From contig DAOULV010000019.1 in the NCBI GenBank assembly GCA_034416335.1, forward strand, positions 7,765 through 71,764: a stretch of 64,000 bases of DNA. The letters run 5' to 3'. The translations under genes and the position numbers were made by a program. Shown one piece after another: positions 53,352 through 62,927 of this stretch (position 1 is its first letter; each line of letters opens with the position of its first letter). The DNA comes from Dehalococcoidales bacterium (GTDB lineage: Bacteria; Chloroflexota; Dehalococcoidia; Dehalococcoidales; UBA2162). The notes under the pieces are model-generated. The model saw only the letters and a list, made by a program, of their open reading frames with translations. It was not told the origin of the DNA and searched no databases.

Positions 53352-55544
53352 ATGGATGCAATCACAATTACTATCGACGGCAGAGAAATAAAGACCACCG
53401 CAGGCACCACCGTTTTACGTGCCGCCCAGGAAGCCGGGATATATATCCCGGCCCTTTGTGCCCATCCGGACCTGGTACCGGGCGGATACTGCGGCTTATG
53501 CGTTGTAGAAATAGGTGAAGAAGGCGACCTACAGGCCTGTAAAACGGAAGTTCGCGAGGGTATGGTGATAACCACCGAGACGCTGACCGTTCGAAAAGCC
53601 CGCGAGGAAGCGCTGGAGAAAATCCTGACCGAACACCCCCATTCCTGCCTCGACTGCTGGCGTAAAGAAAGATGCAATCCCTTCGATATATGCCTCCGTA
53701 GCGAGTCGGTAAGCCAGCACTGTGTTACCTGCCCCAAAAACACCCACTGCGAACTCCAGCGGGTGGTCGATTACATCGGCATATCACCAGATATTCCCTA
53801 TCAGCCGAAAGAATATCCGGTCGAGACGGATAATCCGTTCTTCCTACGAGATTACAACCTCTGTATCGTCTGCGGTCGGTGCGTCCGCGTCTGCCGCGAT
53901 GTAAGGGGCGTGGGAGTATATGCCTTCGATGACGAAGAAAATCCGACAAAAATAATCACTGTAAAAGATGATTCGACAGTCGAGTCTGGCTGCCGGTTCT
54001 GCTTCGCCTGTGTGGAGGTGTGCCCTACCGGTGCGCTTATAGAGAGGGATGCCGAAAAACTTCACGAAGACAAGGAAGCTTACATCGTACCCTGCAGCAA
54101 CGCCTGTCCGGCACATATAAATATTCCCCGCTATATCGAGTATGTCCGACAGGAAAAATATACAGAAGCCCTCGCCGTTATCAGGGAGAAAGTGCCCTTC
54201 CCCGGCTCTCTCGGAAGAGTATGTTTCCATCCCTGCGAGCAGGCATGCCGGCGTAACACTATAAACGACCCAATCTCCGTGAAGGAATTAAAGCGTGTCG
54301 CCGCTGATAACGGCGCCGATAAATGGAAAGAGAATTCGGCAATCAAGCAGTCCACCGGTAAAAAAGTAGCTGTCGTCGGTGCCGGACCGGCCGGTCTTAC
54401 CGGAGCTTTTTACCTGGCGAAAGCCGGCCACGTCGTAACGGTGTTCGAAGAACTCCCCGAACCCGGCGGCATGATGAGATACGGCATACCCGAATACCGT
54501 CTTCCCAGAGATATACTCTCCGGAGAAGTCCAGTCCATAAAGGACACCGGAGTGGAAATCCTGACCAATACGAAGGTAGACTCTATCGATTCTCTCAAGG
54601 ATAAAGGATACGCCGCCATACTGCTGGCGATAGGCGCCCATCAGGGCACCAGACTCGGAGTGGAAGGCGAGGACCTGCCCGGTGTAATGGACGGCGCTTC
54701 TTTCCTCAGGGACGTTAATCTTGGCAAAAAAGTGAACCTTGGAGAAAAGGTGGCTGTACTCGGTGGTGGAAACTCCGCGGTGGACAGCGCCCGTGTAGCC
54801 CTGCGCTGCGGAGCAAAGAGCGTCACCATGATTTACCGACGCACCAGGGCGGAAATGCCGGCGGCTGAAGAAGAGATTGAAGACGCCCTCCAGGAAGGTA
54901 TCGAGATAAACTTCCTCCAGAATCCCACGAAATTTACGAAAAGCGGTGACGGCCTCGACGTCGAATGCATCCGTATGCAGCTTGGCGAGCCGGATGCCAG
55001 CGGCAGACGCAGGCCGGAACCGATTCCCGACAGCGAATTCGTTGTGCATTATGATGCCGTAATCGGGGCACTCGGACAGTCGCCCAGGGTACCGGAAGAC
55101 TTCAATATAAAGATAGGCCGCAGCAATACCTTACAGGTAGACACGCAGACTCTACAGACCAGCATGGAAGGCGTGTATGCCGCCGGCGATGCCACCACCG
55201 GACCAGCTTCCGTTATCGCGGCGATATCCGCCGGAAGGCTGGCTGCCGAATCCATAGACAGATATCTCGGCGGCAGCGGTATCATCGACGAAGAGCTTGC
55301 CCCTGCCGAGGATATGGGCAAGGAACTCGGTAAGGACGAGGGATTCGCCGACAAAACGAGGCTGGAACCCGACCTGATACCGGTTGAGAAAAGGCTTGCC
55401 GGATACGCCGAGGTAAAGAACGCCCTCGGTAAGGATGTCGCCTGCAAAGAAGCCGGACGCTGTTTCAGGTGCGACCTCCGTCTGACAATAACCCCGGCTA
55501 TGCAGCCGCCGGTGCGCAAGAAAGAGTCCGTGGCAGTAGAGTAA
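53352..55544 (+). CDS. Multi-cluster Fe-S flavoprotein: 2Fe-2S ferredoxin + 4Fe-4S domains fused to a GltD/NfnB-like NAD(P)H-FAD oxidoreductase
   Basis: 730 aa. It has the N-terminal ITIDGREI..CAHPDL..GYCGLCVVE, Cys clusters CIVCGRCVRVC and CRFCFACVEVCP, and the dinucleotide fold VAVVGAGPAGLTGA. Confidence 0.85.
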   Translation: MDAITITIDGREIKTTAGTTVLRAAQEAGIYIPALCAHPDLVPGGYCGLCVVEIGEEGDLQACKTEVREGMVITTETLTVRKAREEALEKILTEHPHSCLDCWRKERCNPFDICLRSESVSQHCVTCPKNTHCELQRVVDYIGISPDIPYQPKEYPVETDNPFFLRDYNLCIVCGRCVRVCRDVRGVGVYAFDDEENPTKIITVKDDSTVESGCRFCFACVEVCPTGALIERDAEKLHEDKEAYIVPCSNACPAHINIPRYIEYVRQEKYTEALAVIREKVPFPGSLGRVCFHPCEQACRRNTINDPISVKELKRVAADNGADKWKENSAIKQSTGKKVAVVGAGPAGLTGAFYLAKAGHVVTVFEELPEPGGMMRYGIPEYRLPRDILSGEVQSIKDTGVEILTNTKVDSIDSLKDKGYAAILLAIGAHQGTRLGVEGEDLPGVMDGASFLRDVNLGKKVNLGEKVAVLGGGNSAVDSARVALRCGAKSVTMIYRRTRAEMPAAEEEIEDALQEGIEINFLQNPTKFTKSGDGLDVECIRMQLGEPDASGRRRPEPIPDSEFVVHYDAVIGALGQSPRVPEDFNIKIGRSNTLQVDTQTLQTSMEGVYAAGDATTGPASVIAAISAGRLAAESIDRYLGGSGIIDEELAPAEDMGKELGKDEGFADKTRLEPDLIPVEKRLAGYAEVKNALGKDVACKEAGRCFRCDLRLTITPAMQPPVRKKESVAVE

Positions 55545-55639
55545 CCAGAGAGGGAAGCATACCGTACCGGCATTTAAGAAACCCAGGTCAATTCCTGACG
55601 TATGGTATCTTTTTGTCTTATTTCATAGATGATTAAATC

Positions 55640-56410
55640 ATGAAACGAAAACCAGAATACGGCAACTGGATAAGAAAAAGGGCAATCCTGATACTCGGTT
55701 TGATTACTCTATCATTGTTTGCGCTTGGATTCATTCCCTGGCACATTGCCTACAGGATAACGATGTTCGGGCTGTCCGGACTGGCATTACTCACGACAAT
55801 ATTTATAGTCGGCTTGTACTGGTCCTTCTCGCCCGTGGGCGGTAATTATCAAAGTAAAATTCATAGTCTGATAATTAAAAACTTGAATTGGGATGGTAAT
55901 GGTACAGTTCTGGACATAGGAGCCAGCAACGGAGCTTTGATAATAAGTATTGCCGGGAAACACCCCGGTGCAGATTGTATCGGTCTGGACTACTGGGGAA
56001 AAGACTGGGAGTATTCCCGGAAGGTATGTGAAAAAAACGCAGAAATAGAAGGAGTACAGGAGAGGGTAACTTTTGTAAAAGGCAGCGCTGCCGCGTTACC
56101 GTACGAAAACGAGCATTTTGATGCGGTTGTCAGCAATCTCACCTTTCATGAAGTCAGGGATGTAAAGAATAAAGCCATTCTCATTAATGAAGCGGTCAGG
56201 GTTTTAAAACCGGGCGGACATTTTTCTTTTATTGATCCGTTTTTTAATACGGACCATTACGGCAGTATAGAATCGTTGAGCGAAAACCTGGACAACCTGG
56301 GACTGTCGAACTACACACTGATAAGCTTAAGTAAAGTTATCAGACTAACCCTGATACTCAAGCACCGGAAGGTACTCGGTCTGGCAGGTGTACTTTACGG
56401 GACAAAATAG
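55640..56410 (+). CDS. Membrane-anchored class I SAM-dependent methyltransferase (lower-GC cassette)
   Basis: 256 aa. It has two N-terminal TM helices, then VLDIGASNGAL and DAVVSNLTFHEV. Confidence 0.75.
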   Translation: MKRKPEYGNWIRKRAILILGLITLSLFALGFIPWHIAYRITMFGLSGLALLTTIFIVGLYWSFSPVGGNYQSKIHSLIIKNLNWDGNGTVLDIGASNGALIISIAGKHPGADCIGLDYWGKDWEYSRKVCEKNAEIEGVQERVTFVKGSAAALPYENEHFDAVVSNLTFHEVRDVKNKAILINEAVRVLKPGGHFSFIDPFFNTDHYGSIESLSENLDNLGLSNYTLISLSKVIRLTLILKHRKVLGLAGVLYGTK

Positions 56411-56477
56411 ACATACAAGATATCCAATGCAATCTATACTCAGCAAGGATACCACATACAACCAAACTGGACTCTAC

Positions 56478-56555
56478 TTCAGGTGTGACCTCCGCCTGAC
56501 GATCACCCCGGCAATGCAGCCGCCGGTTCGCAGGAAAGCAACCGTAACGGTAGAG
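56478..56555 (+). pseudogene. Relic 3' end of a paralogous or ancestral Fe-S flavoprotein gene
   Basis: 65/78 nt identical to 55464..55541 by hand alignment. It encodes FRCDLRLTITPAMQPPVRRKATVTVE, against FRCDLRLTITPAMQPPVRKKESVAVE in the intact gene. Confidence 0.6.
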
Positions 56556-56691
56556 CAGGCTCTACAAAAGATTCCTGCTATCGGAGAGTCTGTAGGGTAG
56601 GAACATCGTAGCGAAATCCACCAGTAACCACACGGGCAGAAGCTGATATCCGGGAAACTCCTTTCTCTAAAAAACCTGTTCCGGATGCCGG

Positions 56692-56949
56692 TTATCGGTA
56701 CACATCTTTACGATGTCCTATTTTAACTATCCAGACGGATGGTTCCCTGTCCTGGACTGAATACACAATCCGGTAATTCCCCTGGCGCAGGCGATATCTG
56801 TTCTGCCCGGTCAACTTTTCAACCCCTGGTGGTCGGGGATCCGAAGCTAATAATTCTATGCGGTGGAGGATTTTAACAATATCTTTTCGGGGGATTGTCC
56901 TGAAATCTTTTTCAACCGATTCTCTAAAGTAAACTTTATATTCGGCCAT
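56692..56949 (-). CDS. Type II toxin, RelE/ParE family
   Basis: 85 aa. The RLRQGNYRIVYSV......V.IVKIGHRKDVY pattern is typical of RelE/ParE. Confidence 0.85.
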   Translation of the reverse strand: MAEYKVYFRESVEKDFRTIPRKDIVKILHRIELLASDPRPPGVEKLTGQNRYRLRQGNYRIVYSVQDREPSVWIVKIGHRKDVYR

Positions 56950-57169
56950 TTTTCTTCAGTTTTTTTACCATTTCATCATAACTGATCAATGGTTCTTGTA
57001 TCCTGTCATCGAAAGCCGTTATATCCTCGGCATCCTCGGCAAGACATTCTCTTACCGCATCGTTGACAAGATCCGATACTGAGCGGGAATTTTCAATAGC
57101 CTTCAAGCGTAACGCTTTATGTAAATCGGCATCCAGATATATTGTGGTTCGCCTGCTTTGAGTAGACAT
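56936..57169 (-). CDS. Ribbon-helix-helix antitoxin
   Basis: The start ATG 57169 follows GGAGG. TIYLDADLHKALRLKAIENSRSVSDLVNDAVRECL is an RHH fold pattern. It overlaps the toxin gene by 14 nt. Confidence 0.8.
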   Translation of the reverse strand: MSTQSRRTTIYLDADLHKALRLKAIENSRSVSDLVNDAVRECLAEDAEDITAFDDRIQEPLISYDEMVKKLKKNGRI

Positions 57170-57188
57170 GACAATACCTCCAGATATC

Positions 57189-57217
57189 AATATAGCACTA
57201 TAACGCTAAAACGTCAA
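57189..57217 (-). promoter_or_regulatory. Putative TA promoter TTGACG-17-TATATT with three CGTT(T/A)T direct repeats (candidate antitoxin operator)
   Basis: On the minus strand, -35 is at 57217..57212 and -10 at 57194..57189. The reverse complement reads CGTTTTGA-CGTTTTAG-CGTTATAG across the -35 and spacer. Confidence 0.45.
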
Positions 57218-57450
57218 AACGCCACATATACAAACAAGGCTTCGGGAACTGTCTTTGGTAGAACAAACTGTACAATAGAAAGAACTTTTAGGTTAGAATT
57301 CGCGTTACCTTATTAGCTTAATAAGTCAAATGATTTAACATTCTATTACTTCAATGCATTCGATTATGGTCTTGTCATACCATCAAAAATGCGTTTATCT
57401 GATGTATTAATGATATAATGTGCTAGCAGCGGAGAATAAGGACAACTGAG

Positions 57451-59199
57451 ATGGAAAACAAGCCTCAAAGCTGGTTCGAGATGCCGGAAATAAGGAAACG
57501 GTTTTTTGATAAAAGCGTTTGGATTCCGCTTAAAGAGCGATGTGTACTGCTTAGAAAAGGCAATTTCGGTTATCTTGGCTATATAGAAGAATATTTAGGC
57601 GTAAGTTCAATAGCCGTTCCATTAACCAAAAGAACAGAAGCAGAAAAACTCGGATGGACTGATATTGGGACAAGAGGTTCAAACAGAGGCTATGTTGAAA
57701 ATGGTGAATATTTAGCATCACACATATATCAAGGCTATGATAAAACGTTAAAAGCAGAATACCTTGTGCTTGAACGCGGTGGCAACCGTATAGAAGCTTC
57801 AGAATGGGATCTTAACCAAGACATAACATGTACTCTCACACTTAAAAGAGAAGGTGATCAATGGCTAGCAATTTCATATGGCTATGAAGAAGTGGCAAAA
57901 TTAGAACGAGACGCAGACGGTCAAGCAGTAGTAATTTCTATAAAGGCTTCCTATTTAAAGGATTACCTTTGTGCCAGAAATATGGCTCTTTATATGACCT
58001 CATATCGTTCAAGAAGGCAGATAGTTAAAGATAGCAGTCATATACAATGGGATAGTCCAGCAGCTGAAGAGACTGAATTTGATAAATGGGAAGGTCAAGT
58101 TATCGAAATTAGCGAAGGCGGGGATCCGTTCGGTTCAGGCTACTTGGTTACGCACATTTCACGCACTGATGTAGATTACGACGATGATATCCCAGAGCCT
58201 GGAATGCCGACTGATGATAATACCGAATACAAATCTTGGGAAGGCATATTTCAAGGAAAGAAGTTGTTTTATATCGATGGAGAACTTTGGCATAATGAAT
58301 GGATAGAACCATCACTAAAGAGTCATCTTATCTGCGACGAAGAGTTAGACCCAACAGTTTTCTTTATTACTGACAATGCTGGAAAATCCGAAAATCGGAT
58401 AACTTTGGTCGATGGTATTCGTTGGTTGTGGTTTAGTCCTTCTGTAATTGAAGCAATATTGAACATCCGTGGAAGCTCCTTAGGTTGGTATACTAAAGAT
58501 ACTGGTGTTATTGAGTGTTCACCAGGATATCCTTTACATTTCGGCATAAATAGTATTGGATTAGTTAACGTATTTGCCAAAGATATTGCTTTGTTGCCGG
58601 ATTGGCAACAAAAAGTTTGGGCTGGATATAATGTCGCTCCAGATGGAAAGGTATCTACGGAACTATTAATGTCCCAAATGGAAGCAAAGCCTGCTTCTTC
58701 CCAAGCCCCAGAAGAATATCTTCCCCTCGGATTTGAACTATTGAACAAACTAATCAAAGACAACTTTGGAGTATCCGCATTCAAAGAGCATGCTGATGCA
58801 AATAAAATTCTTATAAGAATCCATAGATTTCGAGCAGTAACCAAGCAAGGATTATTTGAATTAGCAAAAGATATTTACAGATTTGTAGGTGAGAGAATAA
58901 ATACTGAAGAAATAAAAAAAGTAGTTAATCCTAGAAAAGATGAAAAATGGGGTCAACTGAAATCTCTAGAAAAGTTACTTGCTTTAAAAGTTGGAGTAGA
59001 ATCAGCGTATACTCTTATGAGTCCTCTTTGGGGGATATATTCTTTAAGAATTGCAGACTCTCATTTACCTTCGGCCGATACTCGTGAGGCATATACTCTA
59101 TGTCGAATAGATACCGAACAACCTAATATAGTTCAAGGTTACCAATTGATAGCTACGTGCGTCAGTTGTATCTTTGACATTTGTAAAGCACTCAAGTAA
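57451..59199 (+). CDS. Hypothetical 582-aa protein (orphan; low-GC)
   Basis: This long ORF has no competing frame, and a hand count gives about 40% GC. I recognise no domain. A C-terminal helical region carries R-IADS-H (Rx4H) at 59047..59064. Confidence 0.6.
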   Translation: MENKPQSWFEMPEIRKRFFDKSVWIPLKERCVLLRKGNFGYLGYIEEYLGVSSIAVPLTKRTEAEKLGWTDIGTRGSNRGYVENGEYLASHIYQGYDKTLKAEYLVLERGGNRIEASEWDLNQDITCTLTLKREGDQWLAISYGYEEVAKLERDADGQAVVISIKASYLKDYLCARNMALYMTSYRSRRQIVKDSSHIQWDSPAAEETEFDKWEGQVIEISEGGDPFGSGYLVTHISRTDVDYDDDIPEPGMPTDDNTEYKSWEGIFQGKKLFYIDGELWHNEWIEPSLKSHLICDEELDPTVFFITDNAGKSENRITLVDGIRWLWFSPSVIEAILNIRGSSLGWYTKDTGVIECSPGYPLHFGINSIGLVNVFAKDIALLPDWQQKVWAGYNVAPDGKVSTELLMSQMEAKPASSQAPEEYLPLGFELLNKLIKDNFGVSAFKEHADANKILIRIHRFRAVTKQGLFELAKDIYRFVGERINTEEIKKVVNPRKDEKWGQLKSLEKLLALKVGVESAYTLMSPLWGIYSLRIADSHLPSADTREAYTLCRIDTEQPNIVQGYQLIATCVSCIFDICKALK

Positions 59200-59388
59200 A
59201 GAGCACATGCCACAATTTGCTCAAGTGTTATTTCCACACGAAACGAGAGGGTTTCGGATTTTATCTACCTATAGGTAAGATGCGTTCGTAAAATGTTGAC
59301 AAGAGTTCAATAAAAGTTCAAAAGAAAGTAGCCCAAACTGGATTCGAACTTGTAAATATTGGACAATATCAGTATTCCCTCTCCCGCC

Positions 59389-60708
59389 CTACTTATACCT
59401 CTTGACCTCGAACCGGTAAAGTTTGACCGGTTCGTCCGGGTGAATTCCCGCCTTCTGGCGGCAGATATCTATCTGCTGTTGAACGGAAGTGACTCCTTCC
59501 AGGTCAGGAAGCAGCAGCCCCCGGCGGTACCCCGCTTCCACGATAATACCGTATTTCTCGGGGTCGAGTTCGTCTTCATCCTCGACCGTTTCGGGTTCGG
59601 TAAGCACGTCCACGCTGTAATCCAGTAAATCCAGTTCCTCAGGGTCGACGGGAGAAAACCTGGGGTCCCTCGTCGCGGAGCTGATGGCATTAATGATGAT
59701 TTCACGGGCAACATTTTCCTCGGACGGCTCGAATGTACCGATGCAGCCGCGTAATGCACCTTTCTTATGAATGGAGACGAAGACCCCTGCCTTATTCTGC
59801 ATCTCCGGTGTGAGCGCAGCCGGAGGTTCGATGATCTCACCTCTCGTCGTATAGGCTTCGACTGTATCTTTCGCCAGCTTTACCAGCGGAGACATCCCCG
59901 TAATAATCACCCCGGCATATCCCACTACGCTTTCATAATCACCGGTGGTATCGCCGCTGGTGCGGTACATTACCAGTTCACCGTTCGAAGCTCCGAGTTC
60001 CTTAACGGCTGTAATCATACTCATCGCCGGGGCGACTCCGCACATTGTTATGTTAAATTCACGCACACGTGATATTAATTCATCCGCATCCAGGTCGAGC
60101 ACAGCCTCGATAGCCCGGCTGTCCTTATCCTTATTCGTCGCCTGGGACTCATAATGGTTCATATCGCTCGAAACCATAATAACCGCTTCACGCCCGGTCC
60201 TCTTCAGCGCCCTGGCTATACTTTTACCGATTCCCTTATAGTCCTCTGCACTGCCATAACCGAGGACAATTGGAACGATTTTCACGTCGGGTTTGAAATA
60301 CTGGAGGAATGGTATCTGGACCTCAATCGAGTGTTCGAAATTATGGGCACGCCGGTCATCCTCAAGTTTCTTGCTTTCGTCCAGAATGGCTCTAGCGAGT
60401 TCGGTATCCACTTCTACTTCTCCAAGGGGTGTCTCCCAGAGTCCCTCTGTCATAATGCTGAGAGATTTTCCCAGTCCGGTATGGCTCGGTCCTATGATAA
60501 TAAAGGTATCGGTGAACTCTATCCGTGACAGTGTAGCACCTACAACCTGTCCTGAATATATGTATCCGGCGTGAGGAACTACTACCCCCAGGGCTTTCTT
60601 TTTATCCGCTTCCTCTTCCACCATCTCTTGTATCATCGAAGTAAGCTCTTCCGGTGTTCCGGGGTAGAACTGTCCGGCTACTACAGCATTCCTGGTTTCC
60701 ATCTTCAC
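59389..60708 (-). CDS. AmmeMemoRadiSam system fusion protein: Memo-like (protein B) N-terminal domain + AMMECR1 (protein A) C-terminal domain
   Basis: 439 aa. The Memo part has AGQFYPG and [11 protein letters not shown], and the AMMECR1 part has [12 protein letters not shown] and RDPRFSPV. Confidence 0.9.
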   Translation of the reverse strand: MKMETRNAVVAGQFYPGTPEELTSMIQEMVEEEADKKKALGVVVPHAGYIYSGQVVGATLSRIEFTDTFIIIGPSHTGLGKSLSIMTEGLWETPLGEVEVDTELARAILDESKKLEDDRRAHNFEHSIEVQIPFLQYFKPDVKIVPIVLGYGSAEDYKGIGKSIARALKRTGREAVIMVSSDMNHYESQATNKDKDSRAIEAVLDLDADELISRVREFNITMCGVAPAMSMITAVKELGASNGELVMYRTSGDTTGDYESVVGYAGVIITGMSPLVKLAKDTVEAYTTRGEIIEPPAALTPEMQNKAGVFVSIHKKGALRGCIGTFEPSEENVAREIIINAISSATRDPRFSPVDPEELDLLDYSVDVLTEPETVEDEDELDPEKYGIIVEAGYRRGLLLPDLEGVTSVQQQIDICRQKAGIHPDEPVKLYRFEVKRYK

Positions 60709-60738
60709 CCCCTGTGATTCTGAATCAGTAATACAGCC

Positions 60739-61788
60739 TTAAACTTTGTTCGGATTACGGCTCCCGGCTCTGATATTAAGTTCCGCACCGCAGAAACGGC
60801 AGTGAGAGTCCTCGATCCCGGTTATATCCGTCCGGTAGCCGAATCTTTCTATTACGGTTTCCCCGCATGAATAACAGACTGTGTTTTCATTCCGGTGACC
60901 CGGAGCGTTTCCCACGTATATAAACTTCAGCCCTGCTTTCTCTCCTATTTCGCAGGCACGGTCGAGAGTTGAAAGAGGAGTCGGCGGAATATTCGTCAGG
61001 TTATAAGCGGGATGGAATCTCGTTACATGCCAGGGAGTCAATTCTCCAAGTTCGTCGCGAATCCACGCGGCTATCCCGCCAAGCTGTTCATCATCGTCGT
61101 TAAGAGTAGGGATAATATTGGTAACCACCTCGATATGCATATCCCACCCCGTTTTCGCCCGGATGGCTGTTTCCAGTATTCCCCTCCAGCGAGGTATACC
61201 GGCAACATTTCTGTAAAAAGAATCCGAAAAACCTTTGATATCCACGCGGTAGGCATCCATATACGGTCCCATAGCATCGATGGCAGCCGCTGAAGAATAC
61301 CCGTTGGTCACAAGGACCGTATACAGCCCGTTTTCTTTCGCCAGTCCGGCAGTATCGATTATATATTCCAGCCAGATACCCGGTTCGTTATAGGTCCAGG
61401 CAATGCCGCTGCAGCCGTTGTCTGTCGCCAGCTTGACGGCCGTTCCCGGCTGTATCTCCCGGCAGTCCTGTCTTCCAGTGACGATATCCGTCCTGGAAAT
61501 CTGCCAGTTCTGGCAGTGCTTGCAGTGGAAATTACAGCCCAATGAGCCCATCGAAAACACGGATGAGCCGGGGTAAAAATGGAAAAGCGGTTTTTTTTCG
61601 ATAGGGTCGACAGCCAGTGAAGATGCCATCCCATAGTCGAGTGTGTACAATACGCCGTCTGTGTTCTGGTAAGCACCACAGACTCCGTATTTCTCGACAT
61701 TTATCCGGCAGTGCCACTGGCAGGTGTGGCATTGTACCCTGGAATCAGGAAGCTTTTCATATAGAAGCGCTTCTCTCATTATAGGCAA
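60739..61788 (-). CDS. AmmeMemoRadiSam system radical SAM enzyme
   Basis: 349 aa. It has an N-terminal Cys-rich region CHTCQWHC..CGAY, the radical SAM CNFHCKHC, and C-terminal CYSCG..CRFCG. Confidence 0.9.
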   Translation of the reverse strand: MPIMREALLYEKLPDSRVQCHTCQWHCRINVEKYGVCGAYQNTDGVLYTLDYGMASSLAVDPIEKKPLFHFYPGSSVFSMGSLGCNFHCKHCQNWQISRTDIVTGRQDCREIQPGTAVKLATDNGCSGIAWTYNEPGIWLEYIIDTAGLAKENGLYTVLVTNGYSSAAAIDAMGPYMDAYRVDIKGFSDSFYRNVAGIPRWRGILETAIRAKTGWDMHIEVVTNIIPTLNDDDEQLGGIAAWIRDELGELTPWHVTRFHPAYNLTNIPPTPLSTLDRACEIGEKAGLKFIYVGNAPGHRNENTVCYSCGETVIERFGYRTDITGIEDSHCRFCGAELNIRAGSRNPNKV

Positions 61789-61836
61789 CTCAAGCTAATT
61801 ATAACATAAGGGCAGGTTGAAACTTCTTTGAGTATC

Positions 61837-62799
61837 CTACCGGGTAATATTCCTGGATACCTCATCCAGTTTCTTCATCTCATCGGCGGTCAATACAAGA
61901 TTCATCGAGTTTACATTCTGAGATATGTGTTCCGCTTTCGACGCGCCGGGAATTGCCGTGACCGTATCTCCGGCGTAGTTAATGACCCAGCTCAATGCTA
62001 CCTCGGAAGGAGTACAGCTGTATGAAGTCGCAATTTCTTCGAGTAAATTCACCAGTTGACGACTACTTTCCAGCATACGCTGCGTAGCCGATTTCCGAAG
62101 AATAGGAAGTTTCTTCACCAGAGTGGGGTCGTTGTGGAACTTCCCCGTAAGAAGTCCCTGTGCCAGCGGAGAGTAGGCTATGATAGTGATTCCCATCTCT
62201 TTTGCGGCGTCCAGCACTCCCTGCAGTTCGATACTGCGGTCAATCAGGTTGAACCTGACCTGGTTCGATGCCAGCGGTAAGTCGTGTTCTGCCAGAGCTT
62301 TGTATGCCTGCTTCATCTGCTCTACCGAGAAGTTACTGACTCCCACCGAACGTACCTTTCCCTGCTTAACCAGGCTCGCCATTGCGTTCATTTGAGCTTC
62401 GATAGAAGAAAATGAGAATGGCAAATGAATCTGGTAAAGATCGATATCGAAAGGAGAGAGAAATTTCTGACGATTGCCGATAGTCCTGATAATGTTTTTC
62501 GCCCGGCGTAAAAAGGGACGCCATTTGGTGGCAATTACCACATCTCCATTTCCTACACCGGCATTCTGCAGCGCCGTTGATAAGGCTTTCTCGGAACGAC
62601 CTCCTCCGTACATCTCGGCGGTGTCGAACCAGTTGATTCCGCCGTCAAGCGCTATTTTTACTATATTATTTACTTCATCCTGGGGAGGTGAATTCCAGAA
62701 CATACCCCCGAATCCTCCACCGCAGAATTGCCAGCAGCCGAGACCGATCGGCGTTATCTCGATACCCGTTTTCCCGAGAATCCTTTTTTCAGCAGCCAT
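61837..62799 (-). CDS. Aldo/keto reductase
   Basis: The start is moved to ATG 62799 (GGAGG RBS), giving MAAEKRILGKTGIEITPIGLGCWQF. It also has FDTAEMYG and DLYQIH. Confidence 0.85.
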   Translation of the reverse strand: MAAEKRILGKTGIEITPIGLGCWQFCGGGFGGMFWNSPPQDEVNNIVKIALDGGINWFDTAEMYGGGRSEKALSTALQNAGVGNGDVVIATKWRPFLRRAKNIIRTIGNRQKFLSPFDIDLYQIHLPFSFSSIEAQMNAMASLVKQGKVRSVGVSNFSVEQMKQAYKALAEHDLPLASNQVRFNLIDRSIELQGVLDAAKEMGITIIAYSPLAQGLLTGKFHNDPTLVKKLPILRKSATQRMLESSRQLVNLLEEIATSYSCTPSEVALSWVINYAGDTVTAIPGASKAEHISQNVNSMNLVLTADEMKKLDEVSRNITR

Positions 62800-62873
62800 A
62801 CTTTGTACCTCCGTCCGTATGAGAGATTCTAATTTAATCACCGTGCTAGCGAAAGGTCAAGGATGACAGGATG

Positions 62874-62900
62874 TAAAAAGAAAAGGGGCTATAAAGCCCC
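62874..62900 (-). terminator. Rho-independent terminator of the rpsU-yqeY unit
   Basis: The minus strand reads GGGGC-TTTATA-GCCCC followed by TTTTCTTTTT, 28 nt after the yqeY-like stop. Confidence 0.6.
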
Positions 62901-62927
62901 TTCCAGGTTGCGTTATTGTTTTTATTA

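Noticed and set aside
59329-59349. A complete tRNA gene at the tRNA-like fragment.
   Set aside because: Only the T-loop, 3' T-stem and acceptor strand are present. The upstream sequence cannot form the 5' T-stem, anticodon arm or D arm. I treat it only as a possible att remnant, and it could be a chance match.
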